A DNA stretch of 64,000 nt from Raillietiella orientalis (taxonomy: Eukaryota): contig JAYWIR010000002.1 in NCBI GenBank assembly GCA_036172245.1, forward strand, positions 3,844,001-3,908,000. Direction: 5' to 3'. The notes under the pieces were generated by a model, which worked only from the letters and a program-made list of their open reading frames with translations, did no database searches and was not told the DNA's origin. Positions 1 through 12,899 of this stretch are shown here, in pieces (the stretch's first letter is position 1; every line of letters begins with the position of its first letter). A program made the position numbers and the translations under genes.

Positions 1-76
1 GGGGGAAAAAGCTTCGCGGCTGCATACCGAGGCAGGAGATTAGCTTCTTTGCGCATCCCGGAAAATAAATCTCTTA

Positions 77-1700
77 ATGACGCCTTTCATGATGGATGTC
101 ACTACCGGAACACGTCAGGCCACCATCCTGCGTTCGCAGTTCGTGGAAGGGGTGGAAGGATTTTTCTCTCCGTGCTCCTCCTCCAATCATCTCGCTGACT
201 GCCTCTGCGAGGTTTTTTTCCCCAGCGATGGCAAGAAACGCCCCCTCGCCCCCCTTCTTTCCCAGGATAACCGGTTCCTTCTTGCGGCGTTTCTCAACCA
301 TGCTCCTCGCTCCCAGTCCCGGTTTCCTGATGAGCCCCCGCTTCCCCCAGGAATCGGGAGCCGCATCTCGAGTGCAGTTGCGCCCACACGCACGCGCACG
401 CGGAGGAGCTCTTCCGGCGAAGACGAGCTGCGCCTTCGTAGCTGCTGGACGCCGGAGGGGGAAGAAGAACGGAGGAGGGGAAGATTTCTGGATCGTCGTC
501 TCGATCCGGAAGCGGACCACGGCAACATCGGAACAAGGTCTTCCCCCTCTTTCCTCTACCCTCCCCCCCTTGCTTCCCCTTCTCCCCAAGGAATCCTGCG
601 TCGAGGCACCGAAGAGGCCAAGAGTTGGCCGTGCACGAAGCAGGGAAGGGCGAGCAGGGACTTTCCAGCAGTCAGTCGAGCGGTGGATCCAGCGGCCGCT
701 CACCCTGAGCGCCATCGATGACTACGCGATGCTGTTGGTAGCGATGGTCGGTGGTAGACTGGGTGACTGACTGTGCCGGCGGCGCTAGTGGTGGTGCCGC
801 ACGTCGGTCTGCGCGAGCCGCAGTCGGCAGCGAAGCCATGCGATGCAGCCGATCGAGCGGCTTCCGCGTGCAGCCTGCGGGCAGAGTGAGCGTCGCGAGA
901 TAAAAGCAGAGACCGCGCGCAGAATGCTTCTGTCGAGCAGCCGGGATGCACCATCGTACGGGGAAGTACGTGTACACGTGCCAGATCAGGTCTCCCGGTC
1001 GAGGGAACGGCGCGACTCCTTCCGGCTACTGACGAAGGCGCGAGGTCTGAGAAAGCGGGGGAAGTCCGGTCGGGCTGGCCTCGGTGTGGATCTCTCGTGG
1101 AGCCAGGAGGCAGTGAAAGCTATGGCCGTAGGTCACGAAGACCAGTCCGGAGATGCTGCTCTCCTCCTGGCATCTCGGAAGAGTCCCGACCTTGGAGGAT
1201 GAACCGAAAGAGGCCTTCTCGGACCACCGTCTCACGGTCAGCAGCGGCGCGGTCCTCCCCATGGAAGACGGGCGGAAGCCAACAGCCGAATACCTCGTCA
1301 AGGGGGACTCCCGCGGGGCTGGTCATCGAACCACACAGCCGGAGAGACAAACCTCTGCTTCAAACCACTCCGGTGGGCGGAGCCTCCCTGCTTTTCTGTG
1401 GGGAACCGGCGGTGCTGCCGCTCCTTTTCCCCTGCTTGTGCTCAGCTCCGTGCTGCTGTCCTCGAGGCGGAAACCCGCGCGATGGTGTTCTTCGCGCACT
1501 GAGGACTCCCGTGCAGTGGTCCCTGGCAACACTGGAACGAGGGAGGGAAGGGGGAGAGCGTATCGTTAGGTTGGAGTGCTGGTGGGCAAAGACGTTCTCG
1601 CGCTCGTTACAGAACCGCCGCGGCCGCTTCCGGAGGGAACCAGAGTTGACCGCAGAGCGCATCTTTCTCACTTGAGCGGACGCGTCCGGAGGAGCCGCCA
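77..1700 (+). mobile_element. Highly decayed L1/Tx1-like LINE remnant (ORF1/ORF2 junction, APE endonuclease and possible RT traces)
   Basis: Patchy similarity to 45250-45850 (ccgcttcccccaggaatcgggag vs ccgcttcctctcccggatccgggag; basic GKK run; FWIVV vs AWNVV). APE-like 'FSDH' motif at ~1215. No intact ORF. Confidence 0.4.
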
Positions 1701-2859
1701 ACGCGCGTCAGGTTCTTGAGCCCACGGATGCTTTCTCTCCCCCCTCCGGCCTCCCAGATTGCAACCGAGCGGCTGAGACGATCTGCTCGCCGCTTCTCAG
1801 CGCTCAGAAAGCCTCTCATGACAAGAAGGAACCTCCCGTTTCCGTAAAAGGAAGTGAGAGAGCAGCAGGAAATAAGGGGAGTGGGGATCCCGCCGATCCC
1901 TACCGTGCTTTCCTCATGTATGTGTTTTTTTTTCATCTTAATCTTCGCCAGCTGCTCCCGTTCTCCTCTCCTTGGCAGCGCTCAGCTCAGCCGCCGGGGA
2001 GTCAGGCACCTGCGGGACCCCTGCATCCCAGCCCGAGACCAGTGTGTGCGCTCCGCAGCGAAGAGCCGAAGTTTCCTACAGAGCGCTGCCGTGTCTCCAA
2101 GGCGACTCCACGCCCAGGGTCCACCCGGCTGCTTCCGTGACTGAGGGGAGGGAACTCTCCGTGCACTCTCCATGAACTCATGAATGTGAACTCTCCGGCG
2201 CAGGTGATCTGCGAGTCGGTGCGGCAGCGCCCATCCGTGTTTTTGAAGGGTACACGTCCCGACATGCTCAGGTTGCACATGCGCCTAGAACGTGGCGCAC
2301 TGCCGCGCAACGGCCGGGGAGAAGAATTTCGCGTGGTTCTAGCCCCCGGGCTGCGTCCTCACTGCTCGCAGAGATCCCGAGGGTCTGGTTCTGGTCCGTT
2401 CCCACCAACGCTGTAGGGACGAGCCGCCGAAGGAGGCGACTCCAGGAACAAAAAAAAAAACCGTGTTGCAGGAAAGCAAGGAGCGTTGTTGCAGGACAAC
2501 ACGTGTCCTCTTGCATATTCCTCGCGGCAGAGGGAGATGACGGTGAGGAAGAAGAGCAGCAGAGGAGATCTGGAAGGGCGCCATCGCGATTTCCGCACGC
2601 CTGGTTACGACTACTGCTCACTCGAGTCCTCCTCGGTTTCCAGCAAACGACACCGATGAAACTCTCGGACGAACAGTGATCCCGAATACCTAACGAAACC
2701 CAGCTTTGCTGACTCGAAATCCGTACGATAGTTAGAGTAGCAAATCAGGAAATACACGGCAATACCGGAGGTTGCCAGTAGGACGGCAAATGAGTCATCA
2801 CTCACAGTTTCTTCTTCTTTCACTGCTTCCCTTTCAGATTTTCATTTATTCATTTATTG

Positions 2860-3510
2860 GGACTTCCTTTCCTCGGTTCTAAGGGAGTGGCGAGGAACCT
2901 TTCTCTCCCTAAGGGGAAAAAAGGAGGAGGGAGGGTAGGGATCTATGAAGCTCTTCAACACTGTCCACACCACCCGAAGGCGCGCGCGACCCTTCACGTT
3001 ATTGGGGGTCATGCCACGGCAGGATCGCCCTGTGAATCCGAAAAGGTCCCAGAGGAAGGAGTCCGTTCCTTTCTCACGCGTGAGAGGACTGGGGGGACCC
3101 TCGTCCTGGTTGTCTTCGCAGGGACGACCGGAGGCAAAGACGCTCCCCATTTCTTCTCCGATGGCAACTCGACAAACCCACGCTCCCGAATTTTCCGTCC
3201 GGACGGCGCACCCGGATCGAGTCCGCCCCTTGTTTTTTCTCGCCTGAAGAGAGCCCCGAAGGGACGCCTTTCCGAAGCGAGCAGAGCGCTTCCGGCGCTC
3301 CGGAGGTGAAACTTCCGGGGGGAGCATCAACCGTCACACCACGACGGAGGGAGCCCTCCCTGAGAACGGAGCCCTCCATGTTCCACGACCGGAGGGGAAC
3401 CCCGAAGAGCTCCTTCATGCCCTGGAAAGAAACCGGGCGGTCGACTTCCAATCCCGGAGGCCGGCTCCCGGGGGCATCCGAGGGTTTCCGGCTTCCGCCG
3501 GTGAGCGCCT
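2860..3510 (+). repeat. Unclassified dispersed repeat, family B
   Basis: Shares ggagtccgttcctttctcacgc and ggtttccggcttccgccggtg blocks with 35620-36335 and 37740-38254. Mirrored at ~23860-24500. Strand is an arbitrary reference orientation. Confidence 0.7.
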
Positions 3511-3612
3511 CCCGCCCGTTGCCAGGGGCAGTGCGAAACGTCGACGGCCGCCCAGCGCGCGCTCTTCGTTCGCAGCCTTTCGCTCGGCTACCAGGCGACC
3601 ACGCGAAACTCG

Positions 3613-4046
3613 TGCAGGATGCCCTGCGACCAGCCGCTGCCCTGGCCGCACTTTGCTGCGTCCGTGGGATCGTGACGTGCTGGAGCGACGTAAGAAGACC
3701 GAGCCACGACAGGGATGCCGTCGAACTTGCAGTCCGCTACCTGCGGATTGCGACCAGATGGCCCCACCTGGGAATCATACGGACGGACCTCGAGGGCATC
3801 CTGCAAAGGATGGACCCTCCTCCCAGTGGTCAGTGATCCCTCCCCAACCCTCCAAAATCTTTTTGTTTGTTATGTTTTATTTTTCTTTTTGTTTCCCCCC
3901 CCCCCATCCCCTTCCGCTGCCGAGGAGAGTCGCGCCGGTCTGCGTACCGGCAACCTGGCAGGTCCTGTTGAGTTGGCCGTAGTGGGGCCTCGTACCACGA
4001 ATTATAGAGAATTTTTGATAAACGCCCCGGCGTGACCGGGTGGCAA
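3613..4046 (+). mobile_element. 5'-truncated LINE copy (ORF2 C-terminus + 3' UTR) flanked by a 17-bp TSD
   Basis: TSD cgaccacgcgaaactcg at 3596-3612 and 4047-4063. Encodes ALRPAAALAALCCVRGIV...MDPPPS like 15560-15793. Ends gataaacgccccggcgtgaccgggtggcaa. Confidence 0.9.
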
Positions 4047-5992
4047 CGACCACGCGAAACTCGGCTTCGGCCTGGTGCAGCTCGCGCCACGCTCGCACGC
4101 ACGCCACACTCGCGCGCGCGCACCAGCTTCCCCGCCTCCTGCGATCGCTCCTCTGGCGAAGTAGGCGGATGACGCCTGCCGGACCGGTCGAACCACCGGA
4201 CAGACTGCAGTCAGGTGGGGATGGGGTTGGTTTCGAGGGGGCGGGTGATGGCAAGCGCGACGGGAAGCGGGCGAGTTGCGCGCTGGGAGGGGGTGAGTTC
4301 GCTCTCGCTTCCGGTTCGGACGCGGGTGAGTGTGGCACACGGCTGGGATTCGCAATGCGAGTCGAGTGCCGTTCCGAATGGCGTTTCGGAGCAGTTTCTG
4401 CTTGCCCACAGGCACGGCACCCGCGCAAGGTGGGTTCGACGGGAGACTTGCATGCAGCTGCCGCCGACTTGCCGGCTGCTCGAATCGACGCTCGCCTTTT
4501 CCCCTCGAAAACGCTCGGCCTGGTGAGGCGTGGCTGGTGAGGCTGTTCTTGGTGCCACCCGTGACGGAAACAGCACATTTGTCCCGTCCAGGTGCGTTTC
4601 GCATCACGGTGATACCCTTTTCGTCACTTTCGACCCCCTTCCCCTCTCCCCAGGACGAATCCGATTCGGCAAGAGCTTGGAAAGTTTCCGAAAAGAATCC
4701 GGCACCCATCGGAATTGCTTTAGTTCGCTGATGTGAATCCGAGTGGAGACGTTTCATCTGCAATGGAAACTGATAATTTGCATCAGCGTTCCAGCGAATG
4801 CTCGGTGGGAGAGACAGCAAGCATGGAAGAGCGAATCGTCGACCTGTTGCCTTCTTTTTTTTTTTTGTTACAAAAAGAAACAAAAAGCAAAAAAGACAGC
4901 AGCGATGGCCGAGCGATGCACGGCGACGGATGAGAGAATCCATGACGAATTGCGAGTGAACGACAAGCACTTTCTCGGGTCAGGCTGGAAAGGCAACAGC
5001 AAGAAACCTCTGCATGTGATGTGATTATTTGACTCGTCATCAATTCGTCGTCCAGGATTCGTTTTTGTTCTCTCTCTCTCTCTCTCTCTTCCCTATGCGG
5101 AACGATGGCTGGACCCGTGGCTGTCATTTCCCGATGGCTTCCATGTAATGGAGATTTGCATGTGATATTTGATGGAAACGGGGAGACGCACGACGGCTGC
5201 TGTGCAACCTCTACGAATCCCCCCGGTGGACTTGAAGGAACCGCCTGCTCGGCAATCCGGCAGGGGTTGCATCGAGCCGTTTCCGGGGTGCGGGCTTCTC
5301 CTCTCTGAACGGCTGAGGGATTCTCGTCAAAGAGCACCGCGTGGGCGTTGTCGGAGGATTTGCGGAGGTCTGCGTGAGGGGGGCACTCTTGTGACACCCA
5401 CCCTCCTTCGCTGCCCGTTGCACCGAGTTGGCTTGCAAAGTGCCAATCCTTGCGTTTGGACCTTCGAAATGCGGTGCTCGACCCTGCAGGTTTCCCCTTG
5501 GGGGGCGGCAAGCAAAAGTACGGACGGAAAAAAGCACCCGGTCACGACTTTCCTAGGCAATCGAAAGCAGTCGTGTGCACTCGAAGGGTAGATTTTCGAA
5601 TTCAGGAATACCGTCGCGGAAGTTGCGTTGCCGAAAGGTGTTTTCCTGAGCGTTGCCAGGGATCGCTGACTCTGGAGGAAGGCCAGCGTGCACCGTGTTG
5701 GGGGTGGTGGGGGGGGGGGGGGCATGTCTCCACGATGACGAACGTGGAGGTCGGCATGGCGTTGGAGACGAACACGGCTTTTGCGACGAGTCGCTCGCTG
5801 CACTCCTTTGAACATCGTGCCGGAAGTGCTCACGGCGGTGGCAATGCCTTTCTGCTTGCGTGCGGTGCGCGCCAAGGTGTTGGCAGAAGGACGGTGGTCG
5901 CTGCTGCTGCCGCCGCCGCCACCGTTCCAAGTTGGCGGCCGTCCGCACGCAGCCCGAGTTGCGGGCGAAGAGCAGCATGGTGAGGGGATGAC

Positions 5993-7825
5993 ATGATCAA
6001 GAAAGGGGATTACGTGTTTGTGAAGCGAGGGGAAGTTACCAAATTGTGTCAGGTTCGACACGAAAGTCAGTAAGTGGGGAAGTTGGTTCCTGCACGATCG
6101 TGAATTCGTGCCACTTCGTTGCAGAACGAGCCAGATCTTGAAAGACAAGATTCGCATTGGCGAATTACTGCACTGCCCGTATGGATCCTCCTTCAAGTTG
6201 GTAAAAGATGCAAAAGAAAACGTTTATAATTTGCAACCGTTGTATGGAGACGCGGAAAACAACATTTCGTCAGGTATTTGAAGGCTGTCTGTTTTGACGG
6301 TAAACCGTACGGGTTGGGGAAAAAAGTGCCACGAGCAGTTTGCCCGTATCTGCATGAGAGGATCGGTTTCATTCGGACCAGGGTAGAGTGTGAGTGAATG
6401 GCTGATCAGCGACTCGTTCCGATGTGCAAACGGAACTTTGCAGTCTTGAACGAAATTTCTTTTGGGATCGCACTGTTTCTTGGAGGAACACACTCCCCAC
6501 TGTGTTTTCCCCATACGAGGGATTCAACTGATTCAATTTGCCATCGTCTCAAAGTGGTGTGCGCATTTGATTTCGTCGATGGAATGCATCCCTATTTAAT
6601 TATGTGAACCCATTTATGCGGCAGATTCTTTTTCCAACTCGAAAGACGTGTTCATCCGAGCCATGATGAGGTCTTCATTGATTTCTTTGTTGAAATATGA
6701 TTCCAGTACCTGGAAAAGCTTTTGGATCTGATAACAGAAACATCATAGATACTCATGGAAAGTCGCAAAAACTAGGGCAAGAGGACATTTTGGCTTTGAA
6801 AGAGCAAGGGTTCATAGGAGATGCCATGGTGGAACATCTGGTTGAAAACAGCAGTACTTATTTAGGAAAAACCGATTTGGCACAAGAAAAATATGTTCGG
6901 AAAAAAAAGAAAAAGTACCACGATGCCGTTGATGTTTTGCATCCTTCCATCGCTCTCCTGTGCATGCACTTATACCAGCAAGATCCTCAGAGCATCCTGT
7001 AAGTTGTGAATGCTGTAATTTGATGGGATTGATCATGTGTGCAGTAATCTGCGAGTGGACACCCTGTCTCAGATGATCTGTTTCTCCAATCTGATGCCTG
7101 GATGTCAGTACTTAGTGTTTGAGTGTGGCTGCATGGGACTCGTGGTGGCAGCTTTGCTCGATAGATTGGGCCAGCACAGCACATTGACTCATATTCATTC
7201 AGAGAGCAAACCAAGCAGGCAAGTGTGCATCAGGTGTGTGCCTGATTGTTGTCGTCTCTCTAGACCTGCATTGCAGATGATGAATTTTGACAGCAAGCAT
7301 CTAGAGCAGCTGCATACTGTTTCGTTAGATGTCTTTGTGAAAGAGTTGGTCCAGTGCCAATCTGCTGTTCCTTTGGATGCTACACATGCTGGTATGCCTT
7401 TGTGTATTGAAGGTACGAGGTAGTCTCCTTACCACACAAAGATTGCCCGGATGTTCAGAAACGTGCAACAGAAACTTACCCTACTAAGCAGTACGATGGA
7501 TTGGTGATTGCTTGCAGGCAGCATCCGGTCAGGATCCTCCCAGTTCTTGTCAGCAGTCTGGCATTGTCCCGACCCTTTGTTATCTTCAATCCTTACGTTG
7601 AAGTGAGTGGATATTCCATGTTTCACTCCTTATCACAGAAAAGCATTGCAGCCGTTGATTGATTGTTATACGCTGTTGCGTAAAAAAAAGTTAGCCGTTT
7701 TGATGAAGCTGACAGAATCCTGGTTGCGTGAATACCAAGTTTTGCCAGAAAGGACACACCCATGTGTAAACATGAGTGGTGGAGGAGGGTATTTGTTGAC
7801 AGGAATCCGTGTCAGCCCAGACTGA
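5993..7825 (+). CDS. TRMT6: tRNA (adenine(58)-N1)-methyltransferase non-catalytic subunit TRM6/Gcd10, copy 1 (about 7 exons)
   Basis: Exons ~5993-6069, 6125-6273, 6707-6998, 7045-7218, 7264-7391, ~7442-7603, ~7652-7825 give MIKKGDYVFVKR...PYGSSF, DNRNIID...QKLGQEDI...FIGDAMVEHLVENSSTY...QEKY..KKKKKY, LRVDTLSQM, DGLVIACRQHP...SRPFVIF and WLREYQVLPERTHP..NMSGGGGYLL, all typical of TRM6. Confidence 0.93.
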
Positions 7826-8627
7826 GTCTTTTCATTTGTCAGTGGCAACAGGATGTTTGTGCAAGGAAAAGAAATGCATTCCAATAAACAGCCTGGTTTC
7901 CTCTTTTGGAATCTGCCCCAATTTGTTTACTACTTTGCAGGTGAATGTGCATGCTTGTTCCCAATTGCTTTGAAAGAAGCGTGTTTGCAAGTGAAGATGA
8001 TGATTTCCTAATGTTATGAAATTCACCCAGTGATGCAAAAGAATCAGGATGTTAACATGGCATTGTCTTTAAAAGCTCGCTTTCCTCTCTGCGTGGAAGA
8101 AAGTCCGTCAGTGTGGGAGCCTTTTTTCTGATTTCCCATGTAAAAGATGGGAGGAAGGAAATGGTGAAGAAGAAATTTTCAAACTCTCAAGCTAACTGGT
8201 GGAAAACACTTTTTCAAAAACTTGTTCTTGGATGTTTTTGCTTGTACATTGTACTCCCTTTCTTGTGCTATCAATGAGTTACCTTGGCAACATCATTACA
8301 TCTTAGTTTAGTGCAGAACTTTGGAAATGTGGATGCTTGCAGCTTCTGCTTCCAACTGTAAAAAGGAACTTTTGCCTGGCATTCGAGTGTGTTGCGTTTG
8401 TGCACCTGCATCTGGTCTATGTGATTGGAAAGATTGGTTTCTGAGGCTGCAATATTTCCTAAACACCGAGTAAGCTGCTGTTTGCTGCGTCGATGGGACC
8501 TGTGTGCTCACCAGCAAGCATGTAAGGGTAAAACCATTTGAGCGTTCGTTTTTGTATGGCATGCATTGTGAAATCGCTCAGTAGATTTTAAACAACTATT
8601 GACATTGGTGTTGCGCTCTAAAAGAGG

Positions 8628-8678
8628 TCAACTGCACTTCCTATTGCTACATGATGTAGCAGTAGGAAGTGCAGTTGA
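8628..8678. repeat. 51-bp near-perfect palindrome (hairpin)
   Basis: tcaactgcacttcctattgctacat-g-atgtagcagtaggaagtgcagttga: 25-bp arms with one T.G mismatch. Duplicated at 18692-18742. Confidence 0.9.
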
Positions 8679-9151
8679 TCCGAAACTCTCTCCTGGAATT
8701 GCATCCGGCGTTGTGATCCGATAGAAGTTTTGGTAGTTCGTGGTTTTCCTTAAGTGCGGGAGTATGGAAGTGCAGTTTGCTTTTTGTGAATACATGCTGG
8801 AAAGTGTGTATTGCAGAGGGGAATTTAGAGGACTCTTATTCCCATGGGAGAAAGAAATGGTGCTACCGCCCGCTCCATCAGTTGCAAAAGTTTCACTGTA
8901 CTTCAGAAACTGACGAAAGGACTGTTGCCTGCTCTTGTCAGAAGAATGCATTCTTGTATGTTTTAGCATTCTTATGGTGTTTGTACTTACTCCATGCTTG
9001 GGAAGATCCTTCATGATTGTGAGAGATCTACTTGCAGCTGGGAATTGGTAAAGCGCTACCGCACACCTTCTTGACACCATCATCAGCTGCCTAACTGCGC
9101 AAAACAATTTTGGGGTGTGTCCCATCTTAGTGGCTATTGGCCTTAGGATGA

Positions 9152-10880
9152 TTATCACCCAGTGATGCCGGAGCATTTATTACGTTTCGTAATGAAAATG
9201 CATTTTTGTATTGGAACCGTTGGCTCTATCACGCTCAGCGAACCAGCCGAAGACCGGTACGCGCACTGGCGAGGTCCGCTTCTTCAATGTGGGGGTAGGG
9301 AAAACAAGACACACAAAAAATGTCAAAAAGACACACAGACACACAAAGCAAAGCAGGAGAGGGGATTTTTACACAGGGAGGGGTGGGGAACCGAGGAATG
9401 GACCATGGTTCACTTCTAGGTGTTCTCGGCATCCAGTTCCAGTGGTATATAGAAGGATGTATCATCTGGTTGGTTTGGACTATTTGTAGAATTTCGTTTT
9501 GTGTGTAAGGATGGTTTCATATAGGAACCTTCCCAGAGTGGTGATTCCTTATCTTGCACTTGAAGGAACCTGTCATGATATCAATGCCTCTTTCTTTTTG
9601 TTGTTTCATCTTATCTCAATGCTACTTTTCACAATGCTATTGTGAAGAAAACTATTCTCTTCATTGTATTGTAGGTGTGTATGTTTTCAACCCCCTTGAA
9701 TAGGCTGCTGAGTCCTTCAGTTCTTTTATTTTATCATCTTAATTCAGAAACCTGATTGCTTGTCAGTCCTTACACATATGGTGTGGCAAGTGTATAAGTA
9801 TTGCTTCATTTGGTTTCCCAAGTGAAAAGGAAAAGTGGAAGATGAAGAATCAATCCAGAAACATGAAGGATAGTTAGTTGGAAAAGAATGGTTGCTTCTC
9901 TGTGGTGGTAGTGTTCGGATTCTTAGTTACTGCAGCAGAATCATGAAACATTTCCTGGAGAACATGGAAATGTCCCTTGGCAGTTTGTACGTCTCCTTCA
10001 TTTTTTTCCAAGCTTTGGAGCACCGACATGCAACTGAACCTCTGTGTTCACCTCTTGACAGGCAAGATATCTGGCTGTGTGCAATCAGAGGGTAAAGGGC
10101 GGGGTTAGCGTTTATCAATATGTCGTGTGCCTCCAACAATATATCCATGCATCTACCCAAGATTCCCAAATCGATTCCCAGGTGCCCTGCCTACTGTGTG
10201 GTGCACTTCTTTTGTCAGCAAAAACTCCACCAGGGTCTTGACAAGATGTAGTTGAGAGGTGCATTTGTCCTATTGGTATTGGCAGAAAACTGTTGGTTTT
10301 CCTTCTCATCCTGCCTACTTCCACAAGAACAGATGTAATTGCTGATGTAGTGTCCAGATTGTGTCAACAGAGTCCATTTTCCTGCATTCATTTGTCCAAC
10401 ATAACCAGTCCTAGGCCAAACACTTGACAAGTCTCTCCCAGTCTTTCCTTTGTTGGAAGCACCATCTCCAGTCTCGATTCTGTGGCACCCACTCTGTATG
10501 GGTCAGTTGCGATGATTGTATCTCAAAGAATTTTTCAACACACTCCGAGGAGTCCCTTGTGGATCCATGTAGTAATGGGTGAAGCTGAACCCCAGTGGCA
10601 TCTTGGTGGTATTCCTCTTCCATCCACCTGCATGCGCTCTCGTGAAGTTTCCCCCATCTCAATGCATTTCTTTGCTTTTGGGTTAACCAGGACAAATGAT
10701 GGGAGGATGGAAAGGGCTGTTGACATGGCAGTTGCGTATGGGCAGTCTGCATGCGAATGATTGTGGAATGAAGTTACCATCAGATAGCAAAATGCAAGGG
10801 AGAGGTCTTTTCGACGAGTCCTGTCCCCTAGGTAGACGAGTGTCCCCTTGGTGGGGATGAGGGTTGAGCTGCATTTCCGT
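9152..10880 (-). mobile_element. Old, CpG-decayed LINE copy (3' terminus at ~9152)
   Basis: Terminal motif aataaatgctccggcatcactgggtgataa on the minus strand at 9152-9181. Minus-strand peptides ALYPLIAHSQISCLSRG (~ALQPAAAVAALCCIRG) and TWIHKGLLG (~RYIPKGLL). The 5' extent is uncertain. Confidence 0.6.
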
Positions 10881-12899
10881 GGCCTTTTGCAGACAGTTAG
10901 CTAGGGCATGAAGTTTCCGCAGGGGAGATCAGTGTCTACCTGACCTCGAGGGAATAGGAGAGCCCCTTCGAGCCAACCTAGAACAGGGATGCTCCTGAAA
11001 GCATCTTTCCCCTCCCGTACCCGGCGAACATCTGCAAGGAGGCTCTGTTCTATCGCTTCAGGTGGATTGATGAACACGCGTGAAGACAAGAAAAGTGGAC
11101 CTTCTTACGTTAATTTTCTGTTATCTGCAGATATGCAGCTCGGGAACAAAGATGGAGCGTACGCTCGTGGTGTGATCTTCATGTACTCGCTTATCAACAG
11201 CATGCAAACCGATATCCAAAGCACCTAATCCACACATAATAGCATTCGCTCTTTGCGTCAGAACGACCACTACTTGCATTTGTTTTGACACCACTCATCA
11301 TATGCGTCTTTGCCGAACACTCCTCTCCTCTGAACACTCCATTCCCAACAGAGGCTCGATTTCTCAGCAGCTTCGGATGACATCCATTATCAAACTGCAA
11401 GCGAAGCTCCATGTGTTTAGCATTTGAAGTTGTTCCTTTACCTACTAGGAATCTTTCAATCTTCAGTAAAAATTCTTATCATAACAAGAGTGCGGAGAGT
11501 TGGCAACCGTGGAACCTGGGCTCAGCAACTTACCTGAAAGTGAAAGAGGCAACCCTTAAGGCTTAAAGGCAGCATTAATCCGAACATGCAAAGACTTTCC
11601 AGGTGATAAAGACTTTTAGGCAAGTTTCGATGCTCATTCTTTCCCCTTATTTATCTTTATTATCTGAATTATTATGGATTCTTGAGTTGCCACCGGAGCC
11701 GTTTCTCGGGATCTGTTGAGCACTTTAGATTCTTATTTCTCTTGCAAAACGATCGTTTACATAAGACTTTTTCTCCTTCATCGGATGCAACAAAGAGCTT
11801 TGTGAATAAAAGGTGACGTGTTGCTACTCTAAGTTGATGTCTCTCTCACGGATCATCACAGTATCATTGCTTGGAGTTTCTGAACCGTAGAATGGGCCTT
11901 GCATAATTGTGCCTGGAATTAGCACAAACACCTCTGAAAACGCTCATACAAAACAAACTCGTTCTAATGCGTTTCTAAAAGCGTTCTGTTCTTTCGAAAG
12001 TGCCATTGCATTTGTCTGAATTTGATGGCTTGAGAATATAACAATCATGAATGGCAACTGTGGATTGTCTTATGAGCATGAAAAAAAGGTGCGATCAGAA
12101 CTTGTATGCTGCAGAAGGGCTGTCGCAGCTTCATCTCAACTTGAGATTCACTAGCATCTCACTAGCACGAAAACCAGCGAATGTGAACATTCGCTTTAGA
12201 GCATCACTATGCCATCTTTATCCAATCGTGTCCTCCCTTCTCTTGCAAATCGTGCAAGACAGAAAGAGGGATGGCCATCCCTCTTCACTAATGTCGGTTT
12301 ATGGAACATACCTTGCCCAGTTCCGAGGCTGCTTTACAGAGTTGGAGCCCACGGCTACACTTTTGGTTGGAGCGGCTAAAGCAAAGCGCGTTGGTCTTAA
12401 CGCCGATAGCAAAACAAAAGTTAGAACTTGCTCATCTTCGACAAAAGCGTAAGCTAAATCCTTTTTTTTTTTTCTGCGATCACGCAAGAGTAAGCTAAAG
12501 GATTAAGCTCTATTTTAAATCAGTTCTTTTCCTGGTGGTTCCGCAAATAGAACAGCATAAGAGTGATTCAGAATGAAATGGAAAGTGCTAACATAAGAGA
12601 AAAATCGATGATGGCTGCGATAAAACGTGCAAGAGTGAAGTTGGTGAGAGCCTGTCGGTGTGTGCTACTCCGAAAGATGGTATCAGTATAATTTGTGAAG
12701 CTCTTCTGAGCTTCCAAACATAAATGGCTCAGTTGCTTTCAAGATATGGGTATAAATTGATTAGGAAAACTTCCTATCCTTTCACAGCGCTAAATTTAGC
12801 TTTAGTATTGAAGATGTCGTAATTGTGGAATACTTTTGAGTAGAAGCACTGATGCCATTGCTCGAAGGATAAGCATGGATACACATCGCTACATCTGGC

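Larger units (their letters stand above)
2949..9386 (+). repeat. Left arm of ~6.4-kb inverted segmental duplication
   Basis: ORF track mirrors with coordinate sum 27370/27371 (e.g. 6697..7002+ = 20368..20673-). Identity stops at 2948 and ~9387. Confidence 0.97.

Noticed and set aside
3877-5600. Long overlapping ORFs (233-330 aa) here and in the mirrored arm
   Set aside because: GC-rich, stop-poor sequence with no recognisable domain; homopolymer indels between the arms change the frames.
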